A model generated the notes under the pieces. It saw only the letters and a program-made list of their open reading frames with translations, searched no databases and had not been told where the DNA came from. From NCBI GenBank assembly GCA_019358915.1, contig JAHHIM010000008.1, positions 1-46,371 of the forward strand: a DNA stretch of 46,371 bases, in the 5' to 3' direction. This DNA comes from Trichormus sp. ATA11-4-KO1. Lineage in GTDB: Bacteria > Cyanobacteriota > Cyanobacteriia > Cyanobacteriales > Nostocaceae. A program made the translations under genes and the position numbers. Every line of letters starts with the position of its first letter. Position 1 is the first letter of the stretch. Below are positions 1-9,481 of this stretch, one piece after another.

Positions 1-3
1 CCT

Positions 4-64
4 AAAAAAAATCCCCCAACGGGTGTTAGCCAGCGAGGGGAGTTAGTTATCAGGGTGCAATCTT
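4..64 (-). ncRNA. nsiR1: NsiR1-like sRNA copy (divergent)
   Basis: Same architecture as the 132-191 copy (TGCACC..GAT..AACTCCCC, hairpin, U-run), about 128 bp away. The 5' end differs and there is no TCCGGA upstream. The array probably continues left of the window. Confidence 0.7.
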
Positions 65-131
65 CTAGGATTAATTATGATTACTTTGGTCAAAAATACC
101 TGTGTTAAAGATTATTGATTTCTGCCAAAAT

Positions 132-191
132 AAAAAAACCCCTAGTTGGCTAAAGCCTACTGGGGGAGTTGAAGATCAAGGTGCATCTACC
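132..191 (-). ncRNA. nsiR1: NsiR1 heterocyst-specific sRNA copy
   Basis: Minus strand reads GGTAGATGCACCTTGATCTTCAACTCCCCCAGTAGGCTTTAGCCAACTAGGGGTTTTTTT: about 60 nt with an intrinsic terminator, antisense and upstream of hetF, with TCCGGA at the -35 position. Confidence 0.88.
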
Positions 192-221
192 AATAAATTG
201 TTCTAGGTGGGTGCTAACTAA

Positions 222-227
222 TCCGGA
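222..227 (-). promoter_or_regulatory. DIF1 motif (TCCGGA) of the NsiR1 promoter
   Basis: TCCGGA lies 31-36 nt upstream of the predicted NsiR1 5' end at 191. Confidence 0.8.
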
Positions 228-369
228 TAAAGTTATAAGCTAAGGCCGCAAAACAACATGGTTCAGAAACATTCAGTGACAGGATGCATCTAAGGTATCA
301 GAAGGAGCGAAAAATCGAATTGAAACTTTCGCGTTTCAAACTAGATTTAGGAGGCGAACAGGAAAAGTT

Positions 370-2901
370 GTGACCCAGGAATTTCACATTTCCGTAACCC
401 CAGTAGGGCAAAATGACTACTTGGTGCGGACGGAACAAGTCGCGCCTGGGGTACCATTGGCAGAAGAATTGGTAACTTGGCCTGTCGCTGAGTGGTTAGC
501 ATCTGCTGGACACTTAATGAATGACCCACTGAAATCGGTGTTGCAGGGAGAAGCTTTCGCCTCTGGCGATCGCGCCAGCGACTTTGCGAGAAACTCTGTT
601 AACCTGGTGGCATTGGGACAGCAATTTTATCATGCACTGTTTCAAGGCACTCTTAGAGACAGTTGGATTACTGCCCAAGGTATTGCCCAGAACCACCAAC
701 AAGTACTGCGCCTACGTTTAGGGCTAAAAGATATCAAGTTAGCACGTTTGCCGTGGGAAGTGATGCACGCAGGCGATCGCCCCTTGGCTACTGGCCCTTA
801 CATTGCTTTTTCTCGCTACCAAAGCGGCATGATGGCCACATCTCGGTTACCATCCAGAAACATTCCCACACTACCAGAAACAGGTGGAGTGAAAGTTTTG
901 ATGGTGCTGGCTTCCCCTCCTGATCAAGTTCGCCTCGATCTCCTCAAACAAGAAGCTATTAAACTACAAGCAGAACTTCACCGTCAAACACCACGAACTG
1001 ACGAAAGTGGCAATCATTTCCCAGATATTGAACTCACCCTGTTAGACCAACCAGGACGAGAAGAATTGACGCAAGCTTTAGAACAAGGAAGATACCAAGT
1101 TCTACACTACTCAGGTCACAGTAACTTAGGGCCAAATGGCGGAGAAATTTATCTTGTCAGTAGAAGAACTGGCTTAACAGAAACCCTGAGTGGTGATGAT
1201 TTAGCAGGCTTGCTGGTCAACAATAATATTCAAATGGCTGTATTTAACTCCTGCTGGGGAGCATACACAGCTACATCCGATCCCATTGGGGATATGACAG
1301 GTGAACGTAACTTGACAGAAAGCCTAGTGAGGCGGGGTATTAGAGGCGTTTTGGCAATGTCAGAACGCATTCCCGATGAAGTAGCGTTAACGTTGACACA
1401 ATTGTTTTACCGCAACCTCAGCCAGGGTTATCCAGTGGATTTGTGTGTCAGTCGGGTACGTCAGGGATTAATTTCTGCTTATGGTTCTCACCAGAGTTAC
1501 TGGGCGTTACCAATTTTATATCTTCAGCAGGATTTTGACGGTCTTTTATGTCCAGAAATAGCTTTAAGTGATTCTGCACTTAACGGGTATAGTCACCATC
1601 CCCCTTTGAGGGTCAATCCCACTGCGATGTATTTTGCCATGGCAGATAATACCGACATCCCTTTACCCATTGATGACATGATGCCTTCTGGCTTAGGTCA
1701 TGATTCTTCAGGGTTGGACTGGCTAGGTGAAGAGACATGGGGCGATCTAGTTGATGAAATTGAGTATGATGACGATCCCAACTATGCAGAAGATTCGGCT
1801 TTAGTTTCGGATTTATTTCGTCAGCTAGATCACCAAAAAGCAGCAAATGAACAACTGCCTCTGAATCGGGGACCTATGCAACCGATTCGAGAAAATCATC
1901 TTCAGGAAGAACCGACTAGCGAAGAGATGACTTCCCTGGATAGATCAGGAGAGTTATGGGGAGAATTACCAGCAAGCATCACCGAAGCTACCCGCAATTC
2001 TCCACAAAATGCAGAGAATCCTTCCTTAAGGCGATCGCCATCAGTTGCCTCAAAACTTCCACATCGCGCCCGTTGGCAACTGCGGCCGATTTTGGGTATT
2101 GTGGGAGCCAGTGCGATTATGGCGATCATCGGCTTGAGTTGGTGGTGGCAAAATCGACAAGTTACAGAGTTAGCTGATATACCACCAATTCCTACTCAAT
2201 CTCTACCAGCTCCAAATAATGCGGAAATCGACATTCAAAATGCTCCCACTGGCATAATTACAGCTAGAGCTACGGAAAAATTAAGTCAGGGCGATTTACC
2301 AGGCGGGCTTGTATTGGTGGAAGAACTACTGAATCGTGGCGCACTTAATTCTGCTCAAGTCGCCCTAAATCTGGTTCCACAACAGCAAGCTGACGATCCA
2401 TCTGTCAACTTTTTTAAAGGGAGATTAGCATGGCAGTTCGTCCAGACTGGAGACCAAAAATATAGCATCGATGATGCCCGTCGTTACTGGGAAAGTGCTG
2501 TGAAATCTCAGCCAGATTCGCTGTTGTATACTAACGCTTTGGGATTTGCCTACTATGCAGAAGGCAATTTAAATCGCGCCAACGACTCTTGGTTTAAAGC
2601 TTTGAATTTAGCTCTCAAACAGCAAAATACAGCCTCTACTGAGCCAGTGGCTATCAAAACAGCAATACCTCAAGAAGCTTTAACTTCCTATGCTGGGTTA
2701 GCCCTTGGGTTGTATAAAACTGCATATAATCAACCGCCTAATAATAAACAAAGACAATATATTAATGAAGCGATCAAGTTGCGACAAATGGTAATCGCCG
2801 ATGATCCCATCAATTTCCAGATTAATAAATTAAGTAACAATTGGTTATGGACAGAAGAGGCAATCAAAGACTGGCGATCGCTCCTTCGGGAAAAAGGTTA
2901 G
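370..2901 (+). CDS. hetF: HetF, CHAT-domain (caspase-like) protease for heterocyst differentiation
   Basis: GTG start; N-terminus MTQEFHISVTPVGQNDYLVRTE; CHAT motifs LPWE, HYSGH, FNSC; acidic linker, one TM segment, TPR-like C-terminus; NsiR1 upstream. Confidence 0.92.
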   Translation: MTQEFHISVTPVGQNDYLVRTEQVAPGVPLAEELVTWPVAEWLASAGHLMNDPLKSVLQGEAFASGDRASDFARNSVNLVALGQQFYHALFQGTLRDSWITAQGIAQNHQQVLRLRLGLKDIKLARLPWEVMHAGDRPLATGPYIAFSRYQSGMMATSRLPSRNIPTLPETGGVKVLMVLASPPDQVRLDLLKQEAIKLQAELHRQTPRTDESGNHFPDIELTLLDQPGREELTQALEQGRYQVLHYSGHSNLGPNGGEIYLVSRRTGLTETLSGDDLAGLLVNNNIQMAVFNSCWGAYTATSDPIGDMTGERNLTESLVRRGIRGVLAMSERIPDEVALTLTQLFYRNLSQGYPVDLCVSRVRQGLISAYGSHQSYWALPILYLQQDFDGLLCPEIALSDSALNGYSHHPPLRVNPTAMYFAMADNTDIPLPIDDMMPSGLGHDSSGLDWLGEETWGDLVDEIEYDDDPNYAEDSALVSDLFRQLDHQKAANEQLPLNRGPMQPIRENHLQEEPTSEEMTSLDRSGELWGELPASITEATRNSPQNAENPSLRRSPSVASKLPHRARWQLRPILGIVGASAIMAIIGLSWWWQNRQVTELADIPPIPTQSLPAPNNAEIDIQNAPTGIITARATEKLSQGDLPGGLVLVEELLNRGALNSAQVALNLVPQQQADDPSVNFFKGRLAWQFVQTGDQKYSIDDARRYWESAVKSQPDSLLYTNALGFAYYAEGNLNRANDSWFKALNLALKQQNTASTEPVAIKTAIPQEALTSYAGLALGLYKTAYNQPPNNKQRQYINEAIKLRQMVIADDPINFQINKLSNNWLWTEEAIKDWRSLLREKG

Positions 2902-2954
2902 AGGAGATGAGGAAGCAGGGGAAGTAAAACCCCCTCATCCTAAATTACTGACTG

Positions 2955-3533
2955 CTAAGAAGCTGATAGCTGGCGTGGCGTAGCCATAGACTGCAACTTT
3001 TGAAGTTGCGCTAGAACTTCTGTACTGTGGACTGATGGGTTGATTTTGACAAAGGTCTCGCGCAGAATTCCTTCGGGATCAATGATAAAGCTGTGGCGCA
3101 TAGATACAAAACCGATCCAAGAACCATAAGCTTTACTCACCGCGCCAGTGGTATCAGCTAATAAAGGAAACTTTAATCCTTCTGAATCACAAAATTCGGC
3201 GTGGGAATCAACGTCATCAGCACTAACACCAAGAATCTGAGCGTTTTTGTCTATGTATTTGGGTAAGTCTTGCTGAAAACGACGAGCTTCAATGGTGCAA
3301 CCAGAAGTGAAGTCTTTGGGATAAAAATAGAGAACTACCCACTTACCACGCAAGTCAGACAGGGAAATTTTGCCATCACCTGTGTTGGTTGGCAATGTAA
3401 ACTCTGGTGCTGGCTGATTGATTGCTGGCAGTTTGCCACCAAGCGCATTAGCAGTAGAGGTAAGATTCAACCAACTAATGATAGTAAAACAACTGGCAAA
3501 TAATATGCTGAAAAAAGTGCGCCGAGAAATCAT
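2955..3533 (-). CDS. Peroxiredoxin Q (Bcp family) with a twin-arginine-like signal
   Basis: YFYPKDFTSGCTIEA motif; likely start MISRRTFF at 3533. Confidence 0.9.
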   Translation of the reverse strand: MISRRTFFSILFASCFTIISWLNLTSTANALGGKLPAINQPAPEFTLPTNTGDGKISLSDLRGKWVVLYFYPKDFTSGCTIEARRFQQDLPKYIDKNAQILGVSADDVDSHAEFCDSEGLKFPLLADTTGAVSKAYGSWIGFVSMRHSFIIDPEGILRETFVKINPSVHSTEVLAQLQKLQSMATPRQLSAS

Positions 3534-3578
3534 GGTGCAGACCAAAAATATAACTTTACACAAGTTTATAATTTTTGG

Positions 3579-3833
3579 TTACTTGTGTTCTTCCTCCAAG
3601 TGAGATTCAGGTGGGGTATCGATACTCTCGATGTATTGGCTATCCAGGAGAAAAGCTCCTTTCGTAAAGCGGACACCCCAGTATCCCCCAGGACGGCGGT
3701 CAAGGACTATACCTTCTTCGCCCATGTGAATGACATCGGGAGGGCGTAACATGGGCATAGGTTCTGCTGTTTTGACGTAAGGCGGGAGTGCTACGACTCG
3801 AACTTTGCTACCAATGGCGAATTCTTTAGACAT
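3579..3833 (-). CDS. sipA: SipA, NblS/Hik33-interacting protein (DUF3148)
   Basis: PPYVKTAEPMPMLRPPDV..G.V.DRRPGGYWGVRF signature; likely start MSKEF at 3833. Confidence 0.85.
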   Translation of the reverse strand: MSKEFAIGSKVRVVALPPYVKTAEPMPMLRPPDVIHMGEEGIVLDRRPGGYWGVRFTKGAFLLDSQYIESIDTPPESHLEEEHK

Positions 3834-4042
3834 CTTGAAAACGTTACGAGTTTTGATTAACTCATAAATCCTAACTTTTACTAGGGGGTTACTTGAAAGT
3901 GCTGAGTACTGAGTAAAAGTCAATAGAGTCAGCAAAGTAGCTTTTCATCAGTTCATGATGACTATTTATTTGATGTGTGGGAATTGGGAAAGGGAAAGGG
4001 GATGGCATGATTTCCCCTTTCCTATCTTCTGCAAGAAGTCTG

Positions 4043-4452
4043 TTAAATTTTGGCTAGAAAAAACAATGATTGCACATCAATCAAGGGTAAGTGCCAAAGT
4101 AATTCTGGTTGCCAAGTATCTGGGTCAAAATGGGAGTTATGACCGCGTTCATATGCTTGCCACAATCTGTCCCAGCTAAATTGTTGTCGATCATCCAAAT
4201 TTTTGTGGATAACTCGTAATAGTCCTAGCCCTAAAATAAGCGGCTACCTGTGGTGAAAGGTTTTAAGTTATGTTTATCAAGGAAATCAGCCCAATTTCTG
4301 CCAAAAGTGTCAGGAGGGAGGTGACGCAATTTCTCTAAATCCACAATTGGGGGAACATTTCGCCCTTGCGCTTCAGCTGTGCGATCCAGTAAATCTAAAA
4401 ACTGTTGTAGGTGAGGAGTAGGATTTGGGTAATTAGCAACAGGTTGGATCAT
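4043..4452 (-). pseudogene. Coq4-family protein, internally deleted and frameshifted
   Basis: N-part (LEKLRHLPPDTFGRNWADFL) stops at 4231. A C-part lies in another frame, 4240-4043 (LILGLGLLR..RLWQAYERG..WQPELLWHLPL). The central HDxxH motif is absent. Confidence 0.75.
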
Positions 4453-4523
4453 AAGTATTCTGTAATGAGATGGGCAGCTTTGCCCACCCCAGACTTGCTA
4501 TGTATTTGGGGAATAGGTGGAAA

Positions 4524-5012
4524 TTATTGGGAATTACGTTGTTGACGGCGCGATCGCATGTTTTGTTGCATTTGCTCTACTTTTTGCCGTTGTTCGGGGG
4601 TGAGGATTGCTAGCATCTGTTGTTTAGATGACTCCCGGATTTGGCGCATTTGGGTTTTTTGTTGTTCAGTCAGATTCAAGTCAGTCCAACCCTTCTGTGG
4701 ACGCTGACCTTGATTTCCTTGCCGTTGAGCTTGACGTGCTTGCTTTGCAGCTGCCATTTTGGCTTTTTGTTCTGGGGTAAGCAATGCCTCAATTTGGGCG
4801 CGGGTATTGCTTTTGATTGTCTGCATTTGGGCTTTTTGTGCATCCGTTAGACCCAAGCTTTGCCAAAAACCCCTTTGACCCCTTTCTTTTTTGGGCATTT
4901 GTGCAAGTTGTAGGGGTGAGGAGGATCTCATTTGTGCTTGAGCAGCGAAGGGGATTGTAGTTAAAGTGAGGGCAATTGCTCCAGCTACTAACGATAATGC
5001 CTTGAGTTCCAT
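4524..5012 (-). CDS. Spy/CpxP-family exported protein (LTXXQ motifs)
   Basis: Signal peptide; LTDAQK, LTPEQK, LTEQQK and LTPEQR motifs. Confidence 0.88.
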   Translation of the reverse strand: MELKALSLVAGAIALTLTTIPFAAQAQMRSSSPLQLAQMPKKERGQRGFWQSLGLTDAQKAQMQTIKSNTRAQIEALLTPEQKAKMAAAKQARQAQRQGNQGQRPQKGWTDLNLTEQQKTQMRQIRESSKQQMLAILTPEQRQKVEQMQQNMRSRRQQRNSQ

Positions 5013-5076
5013 CGATTACCTCGTGTGATTTCCCAGTTGATGTGACCATCATAGGAAATTACTTTCATTAGGGACA

Positions 5077-5116
5077 TGAGGATAAAGTCATGATTATAAC
5101 CATGACTAAAGTCATG
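5077..5116. promoter_or_regulatory. Tandem operator-like boxes between divergent genes
   Basis: Perfect inverted repeat CATGACT-AA-AGTCATG at 5101-5116; TAAAGTCATG is repeated 24 bp away at 5083-5092. Confidence 0.6.
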
Positions 5117-5225
5117 CTCAATTACTGAGAGATGTGACTGTTAATTAATTCTAAATTAGAGTAAATATAGAAATTAGCTTCGTCTAATTAGATTTTTTTT
5201 TAATTATTTAACTCCAAAATATTAT

Positions 5226-6434
5226 ATGAGTCGTCCTATTCAATTTAATAATCATCCTTTTCGATTTCTGCTGTATTTGGAGTGGGTATTACTGGCGATC
5301 GCCGTTTTTACAGCTGCGCTACCATCTGCTTCACCACGATTTACAGCCAAGTTTCCAGAACTGACTATTTGTAGTCTAATTATCTTTGGTTTAATGGGCT
5401 TAAGATTACCTACTAGTAATTACTTTAGTAAACTAATTTATACAGCTAGTGAAATTTTCTTGATTGTCACAACTGGATTTTTTGGGGGGAGAATTGCGAG
5501 ACTATTTCCTTTTCTTTACATCATTTTAGTAACTCGCAGTTGTCTAATTTTTCAATTACCTGGACGTTTATTAGTTACAAGTATATCGTTTAGTTTATTT
5601 TTGGTAACACTACAACATCGCTTCCCTAAACCACCACTACCACCACATGCACAAGAGCGATTTCGGTTTTTTCCTCTCAGCTTGGCGCTGATATTTGGTT
5701 TGAGTTTAATTTTTATATTATTGTTGATGAATACAGTAATTTCTGAACGGCAAAGTCGAGAAAAACTAGCTATTGCTAATGAAAAGCTGCGTCAATATGC
5801 CTTAAAGATTGAAAATCAAGCGACTTTAGAAGAACGTAATCGTATTGCTCGTGAAATACATGATTCATTAGGACACTCTTTAACAGCTTTAAATTTACAG
5901 TTAGAAACTGCTTTAAAACTGTGGCAATCTAATCCGACTAAAGCTCAAGAATTTTTAGCACGAGCTAAAGAACTCGGTTCTAAATCATTAAATGATGTCC
6001 GCCAGTCTGTTTCTACCATGCGTTCTAATCCATTGCAAGACCAATCTTTAGAACAGGCGATCGCTATTATTTTAGAAGATTTTCACCGCTCCAATGGCAT
6101 TTCACCGATTTGCCAAATTAATCTGGAGTATTCCTTACCACCAGACATTATTATATCCATATATCGGATTATCCAAGAATCTCTGACAAATATTTCTAAA
6201 CATGCAAAAGCAACAGAAATTAAAATAGAAATTACCACAAATAAAGAAAATTTTCAGTTGATTGTTCAAGATAATGGTATAGGCTTTGATATAAAACAAA
6301 ATACTACTGGTTTTGGACTGCAAAGTATGCGCGATCGCACGTTAGCAATTGGCGGTGAGTTTAAGATTAATAGTACCCCTGGTACTGGCTGTCAAATTAT
6401 AGTTGATATTCCTTTGCCGAGCTTAATACGATGA
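5226..6434 (+). CDS. Membrane sensor histidine kinase (HisKA_3, NarX/DesK type)
   Basis: Several TM helices; [35 protein letters not shown]. Confidence 0.92.
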   Translation: MSRPIQFNNHPFRFLLYLEWVLLAIAVFTAALPSASPRFTAKFPELTICSLIIFGLMGLRLPTSNYFSKLIYTASEIFLIVTTGFFGGRIARLFPFLYIILVTRSCLIFQLPGRLLVTSISFSLFLVTLQHRFPKPPLPPHAQERFRFFPLSLALIFGLSLIFILLLMNTVISERQSREKLAIANEKLRQYALKIENQATLEERNRIAREIHDSLGHSLTALNLQLETALKLWQSNPTKAQEFLARAKELGSKSLNDVRQSVSTMRSNPLQDQSLEQAIAIILEDFHRSNGISPICQINLEYSLPPDIIISIYRIIQESLTNISKHAKATEIKIEITTNKENFQLIVQDNGIGFDIKQNTTGFGLQSMRDRTLAIGGEFKINSTPGTGCQIIVDIPLPSLIR

Positions 6435-7093
6435 TTAAAGTGTTACTTGTAGATGATCAAAATTTAATCCGTCAAGGATTAAAAGTATTATTAGAACTAG
6501 AACCCGACTTAGAAATAGTGGGAGAAGCAGAAAATGGTGAACAGGCAATTAATTTGAGTGCCCAACTACAACCAGATGTGATATTGATGGACATTAGAAT
6601 GCCAATCATGGATGGTGTGGCAGCTACACGAGAAATTCAAAAGCGTTTTGTGGGAATTAAAATTTTAGTATTGACAACTTTTGATAATGACGAATATGTG
6701 ACAGCAGCTTTACAGAATGGGGCAATGGGTTATCTACTGAAAGATACGCCATCAGAAGAGTTAGCTGTTGCTATTCGTGCAATTTATAAGGGATATTCAC
6801 AACTAGGCCCAGGAATAGTCAAAAAACTTTTGACTCAGTTTTCTACTAATGCACCAACTCAGTCACCACCAATACCACCTAGTTTAACTGAACTGACTCC
6901 CAGAGAAAAAGAGGTTTTACAGTTAATTGCTACAGGTGCAAATAATAGAGAAATTGCTCAACAGCTATATATTTCTGAGGGGACGGTGAAGAATCATGTC
7001 ACAAATATTTTAAATAGGTTAAATTTGCGCGATCGCACCCAAGCTGCTATCATTGCCAATACATTTTTAGATTATTTAAATGAGTCTAAATAA
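6431..7093 (+). CDS. NarL/LuxR-family response regulator
   Basis: REC domain (LVDD, MDIRMP) plus [24 protein letters not shown] overlap with the kinase. Confidence 0.93.
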   Translation: MIKVLLVDDQNLIRQGLKVLLELEPDLEIVGEAENGEQAINLSAQLQPDVILMDIRMPIMDGVAATREIQKRFVGIKILVLTTFDNDEYVTAALQNGAMGYLLKDTPSEELAVAIRAIYKGYSQLGPGIVKKLLTQFSTNAPTQSPPIPPSLTELTPREKEVLQLIATGANNREIAQQLYISEGTVKNHVTNILNRLNLRDRTQAAIIANTFLDYLNESK

Positions 7094-7120
7094 ATCATCA
7101 AAAATAAAAATTTAGACAGT

Positions 7121-7546
7121 TTATTTAAATAATTCTAGACATTCATGTTTTAATACACCCCTTGTCACCTTGATATTTCTAAACGATTTAGCAATCACCT
7201 CTTCACAAGAAATATCAATTTGTGGTTGATTGACCGAAATTAAATCTTGAATTGAAGCACCATACACAATCTCCGATATACCCGTCCAAATACAAGCAGT
7301 TGTACACATTGGGCAAGGTTCACCAGTTGTATATATGCTATAACCGTCTAAAGAGGGATTCTTTAGTTTAGCTGCTAAACTGCGAATTACATTGATTTCC
7401 GCATGGGCTGATGGATCATTATCTCGTCTTACAGTATTATGAGCCACTGCAACAACTTCCTGATCTTTAACAATTACTGCACCATAAGGCATATCACCTT
7501 TCTTAGCTTCTGCTAATGCTAGACGCATAAAATATTCTTGGTTCAT
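7121..7546 (-). CDS. Zn-dependent nucleoside/guanine deaminase (cytidine deaminase fold)
   Basis: HAE and PCPMC motifs; likely start MNQEY at 7546. Confidence 0.88.
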   Translation of the reverse strand: MNQEYFMRLALAEAKKGDMPYGAVIVKDQEVVAVAHNTVRRDNDPSAHAEINVIRSLAAKLKNPSLDGYSIYTTGEPCPMCTTACIWTGISEIVYGASIQDLISVNQPQIDISCEEVIAKSFRNIKVTRGVLKHECLELFK

Positions 7547-7637
7547 TTTAGCTGATAAGTTCAAAAGGATAATGGTCAATAATATCTCATTACCAATGTG
7601 ATTTCTGCAAATATATGAAAATTAGTTCTGGATAATT

Positions 7638-8471
7638 ATGTTACTGAGCAGACAACAAACAGAATTTTATTTAACAGACTTGGAAACACCTGTAGGCAAA
7701 GCAATTAATTTAACACTTGCCACTTTAGTGTTAATATCATCAGGCATTTTTGTGGTGGAAACTTATAATATTCCTGATGCTATTCGCTTACAATTAGATA
7801 TAATCGACACTGCGATAGTCATAGTTTTTGCCATAGAATATGCACTACGCCTATGGAGTGCAGAAAATAAAATTAGACATATTTTTAGTTTTTATTCAAT
7901 TATTGACTTAATGGCAATTTTGCCATTTTTTCTGGGAATAGTTGATATTAGATTTATTCGTTTGCTGCGATGGTTCAGGATTTTACGATTAATTAGATTT
8001 ATAGATAGGGAATTTTTATTTGGTACTATTACTACCGAAGATGGTGTAATTTTTGCGCGGATATTATTTACTTTATTTACTATAATATTTGTTTATTCTG
8101 GCTTAATTTATCAAGTTGAGCATCCAGTTAATCCTAACATATTCGCTACTTTTTTGGATGCGTTTTATTTTTCTATTGTGACTATGACAACTGTGGGATT
8201 TGGTGATGTAACACCAATTTCTGAATTAGGTCGCCTGCTCACAGTATTAATGATTTTAACAGGTATTGCCCTGATTCCTTGGCAAGTGGGTGATTTAATT
8301 AAGCGATTAATCAAAACTGCTAATCAGGTAGAAATAGTTTGTTCGGGTTGCGGTTTAGCTTTTCATGATGTAGATGCTGGATTTTGTAAAAGGTGTGGGT
8401 CTAAGTTGCCTAGTAGAAGTGTTGATTTAAAAGGCGATAGGGCAGGAAAATTAGGTACGGCTGAGCTTTAA
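7638..8471 (+). CDS. 6-TM potassium channel with C-terminal zinc ribbon
   Basis: S4-like RFIRLLRWFRILRLIR; filter TMTTVGFGD; CxxC..CxxC tail. Confidence 0.88.
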   Translation: MLLSRQQTEFYLTDLETPVGKAINLTLATLVLISSGIFVVETYNIPDAIRLQLDIIDTAIVIVFAIEYALRLWSAENKIRHIFSFYSIIDLMAILPFFLGIVDIRFIRLLRWFRILRLIRFIDREFLFGTITTEDGVIFARILFTLFTIIFVYSGLIYQVEHPVNPNIFATFLDAFYFSIVTMTTVGFGDVTPISELGRLLTVLMILTGIALIPWQVGDLIKRLIKTANQVEIVCSGCGLAFHDVDAGFCKRCGSKLPSRSVDLKGDRAGKLGTAEL

Positions 8472-8884
8472 TAATGACTTTTGATAAGGAACTCTGCTGG
8501 CGTAACAAACTGGATTTCTGCATAGGCTTTCAGACACAGCAGATCATCATCTCCTGTGATTAAATAACTTGCCATTCCAGATACAGCTAATTCTAGAAAT
8601 TTATTATCATCCGCATCAGAGCAAATATTTGTTTGATGTTTGATCTCGATAAACTGACTCTGGTTTTTGACAGCTTCTAAAAAATCTAACCGCTCAGGTG
8701 TTGAAATATATTTATCAAATTTCCTTTTGTGGATTCTAGTGACTAATTCTAGATAAGTTTCCTCACTGTGGATAATTTGAAACTTTTGAATAGCAAGTTC
8801 AATAGATTTTCTTGGTGTACCTTGAGGATTGAGTAAAGCACTAATAAAAACATTAGTATCAATAACTACTATATTAGGATTCAT
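8468..8884 (-). CDS. PIN-domain toxin (VapC-like)
   Basis: VVIDTNVFISA, DADDNKFLELA and LITGDDDLL motifs. Confidence 0.88.
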   Translation of the reverse strand: MNPNIVVIDTNVFISALLNPQGTPRKSIELAIQKFQIIHSEETYLELVTRIHKRKFDKYISTPERLDFLEAVKNQSQFIEIKHQTNICSDADDNKFLELAVSGMASYLITGDDDLLCLKAYAEIQFVTPAEFLIKSHY

Positions 8885-9080
8885 CTCTAAGAAGTTCGGC
8901 TAGCTTTTCTTCTGTCAAGCCTCTTTCTTGGGCTTTTTTGCCCACTTGTTCCATAATTGATATTAAGTCATGATCTAGTTGTTCAATAGTAACATTGACT
9001 CTCTGTTCTGAAGACAATCCTAATTGAGCAATCAATCCAGGAATTTCTGCTACTTTGACATTTTTAATAACTTCTTTCAT
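8874..9080 (-). CDS. Putative antitoxin
   Basis: 68-aa ORF overlapping the toxin start; C-terminal RGLTEEKLAELL typical of such partners. Confidence 0.72.
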   Translation of the reverse strand: MKEVIKNVKVAEIPGLIAQLGLSSEQRVNVTIEQLDHDLISIMEQVGKKAQERGLTEEKLAELLRDES

Positions 9081-9233
9081 AGGAACAAATTAATTTAAGT
9101 ATTATTTTTTTAGATAGATTAGGCATTAACCTAATTGTAACATTTCATCTTCTCAATAAGAAATGATTGCAGAAAGATTACACAAGCTAGATCAATAACA
9201 ATAGGATGAATGAAGGACATTGCTTATGATCTG

Positions 9234-9273
9234 GGAACAGACTAAGCTGTGAATTCACAGCTTAGTCTGTTCC
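9234..9273. repeat. Perfect 40-bp palindrome
   Basis: GGAACAGACTAAGCTGTGAA|TTCACAGCTTAGTCTGTTCC, with no spacer and no mismatch. Confidence 0.97.
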
Positions 9274-9397
9274 TCTTAACCGAAAGGTATTGCAATCCAA
9301 GACCACGAATCAAGCAAGAAAAACGGCTTTTCCGATATTTTCGGGAATTTAGCGGGTAATTTTGGTAGTAAAAACTGCAAGTTAAGTTTTAGCTTTA

Positions 9398-9426
9398 GCG
9401 TAGGCGTAGCTCGCCGTAAGTATTGC
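9398..9426. repeat. Degenerate SDR5-like small dispersed repeat within a HIP1 site
   Basis: GCGTAGGCGTAGCTCGCCGTAAGTATTGC (29 nt = 8+21) resembles the recalled Nostoc repeat GCGTAGGCGTAGCCCGCCGTAGGCATCGC. Confidence 0.6.
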
Positions 9427-9481
9427 TACTTATTTTCATCGTTAACGCTAAGATGGCTATGTATTTTTTGGCAGTATAAAT

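Noticed and set aside
1..230. Spaced repeats as a CRISPR array
   Set aside because: Only two divergent ~60-nt units ending in terminators, and no cas genes; NsiR1 explains them.
347..2177. Short ORFs overlapping hetF, and similar shadow ORFs elsewhere
   Set aside because: Antisense or alternate-frame shadows of well-supported genes.
7121..9080. Deaminase + channel + PIN as an anti-phage system
   Set aside because: Mixed orientations, no operon, and each gene is a common stand-alone family.
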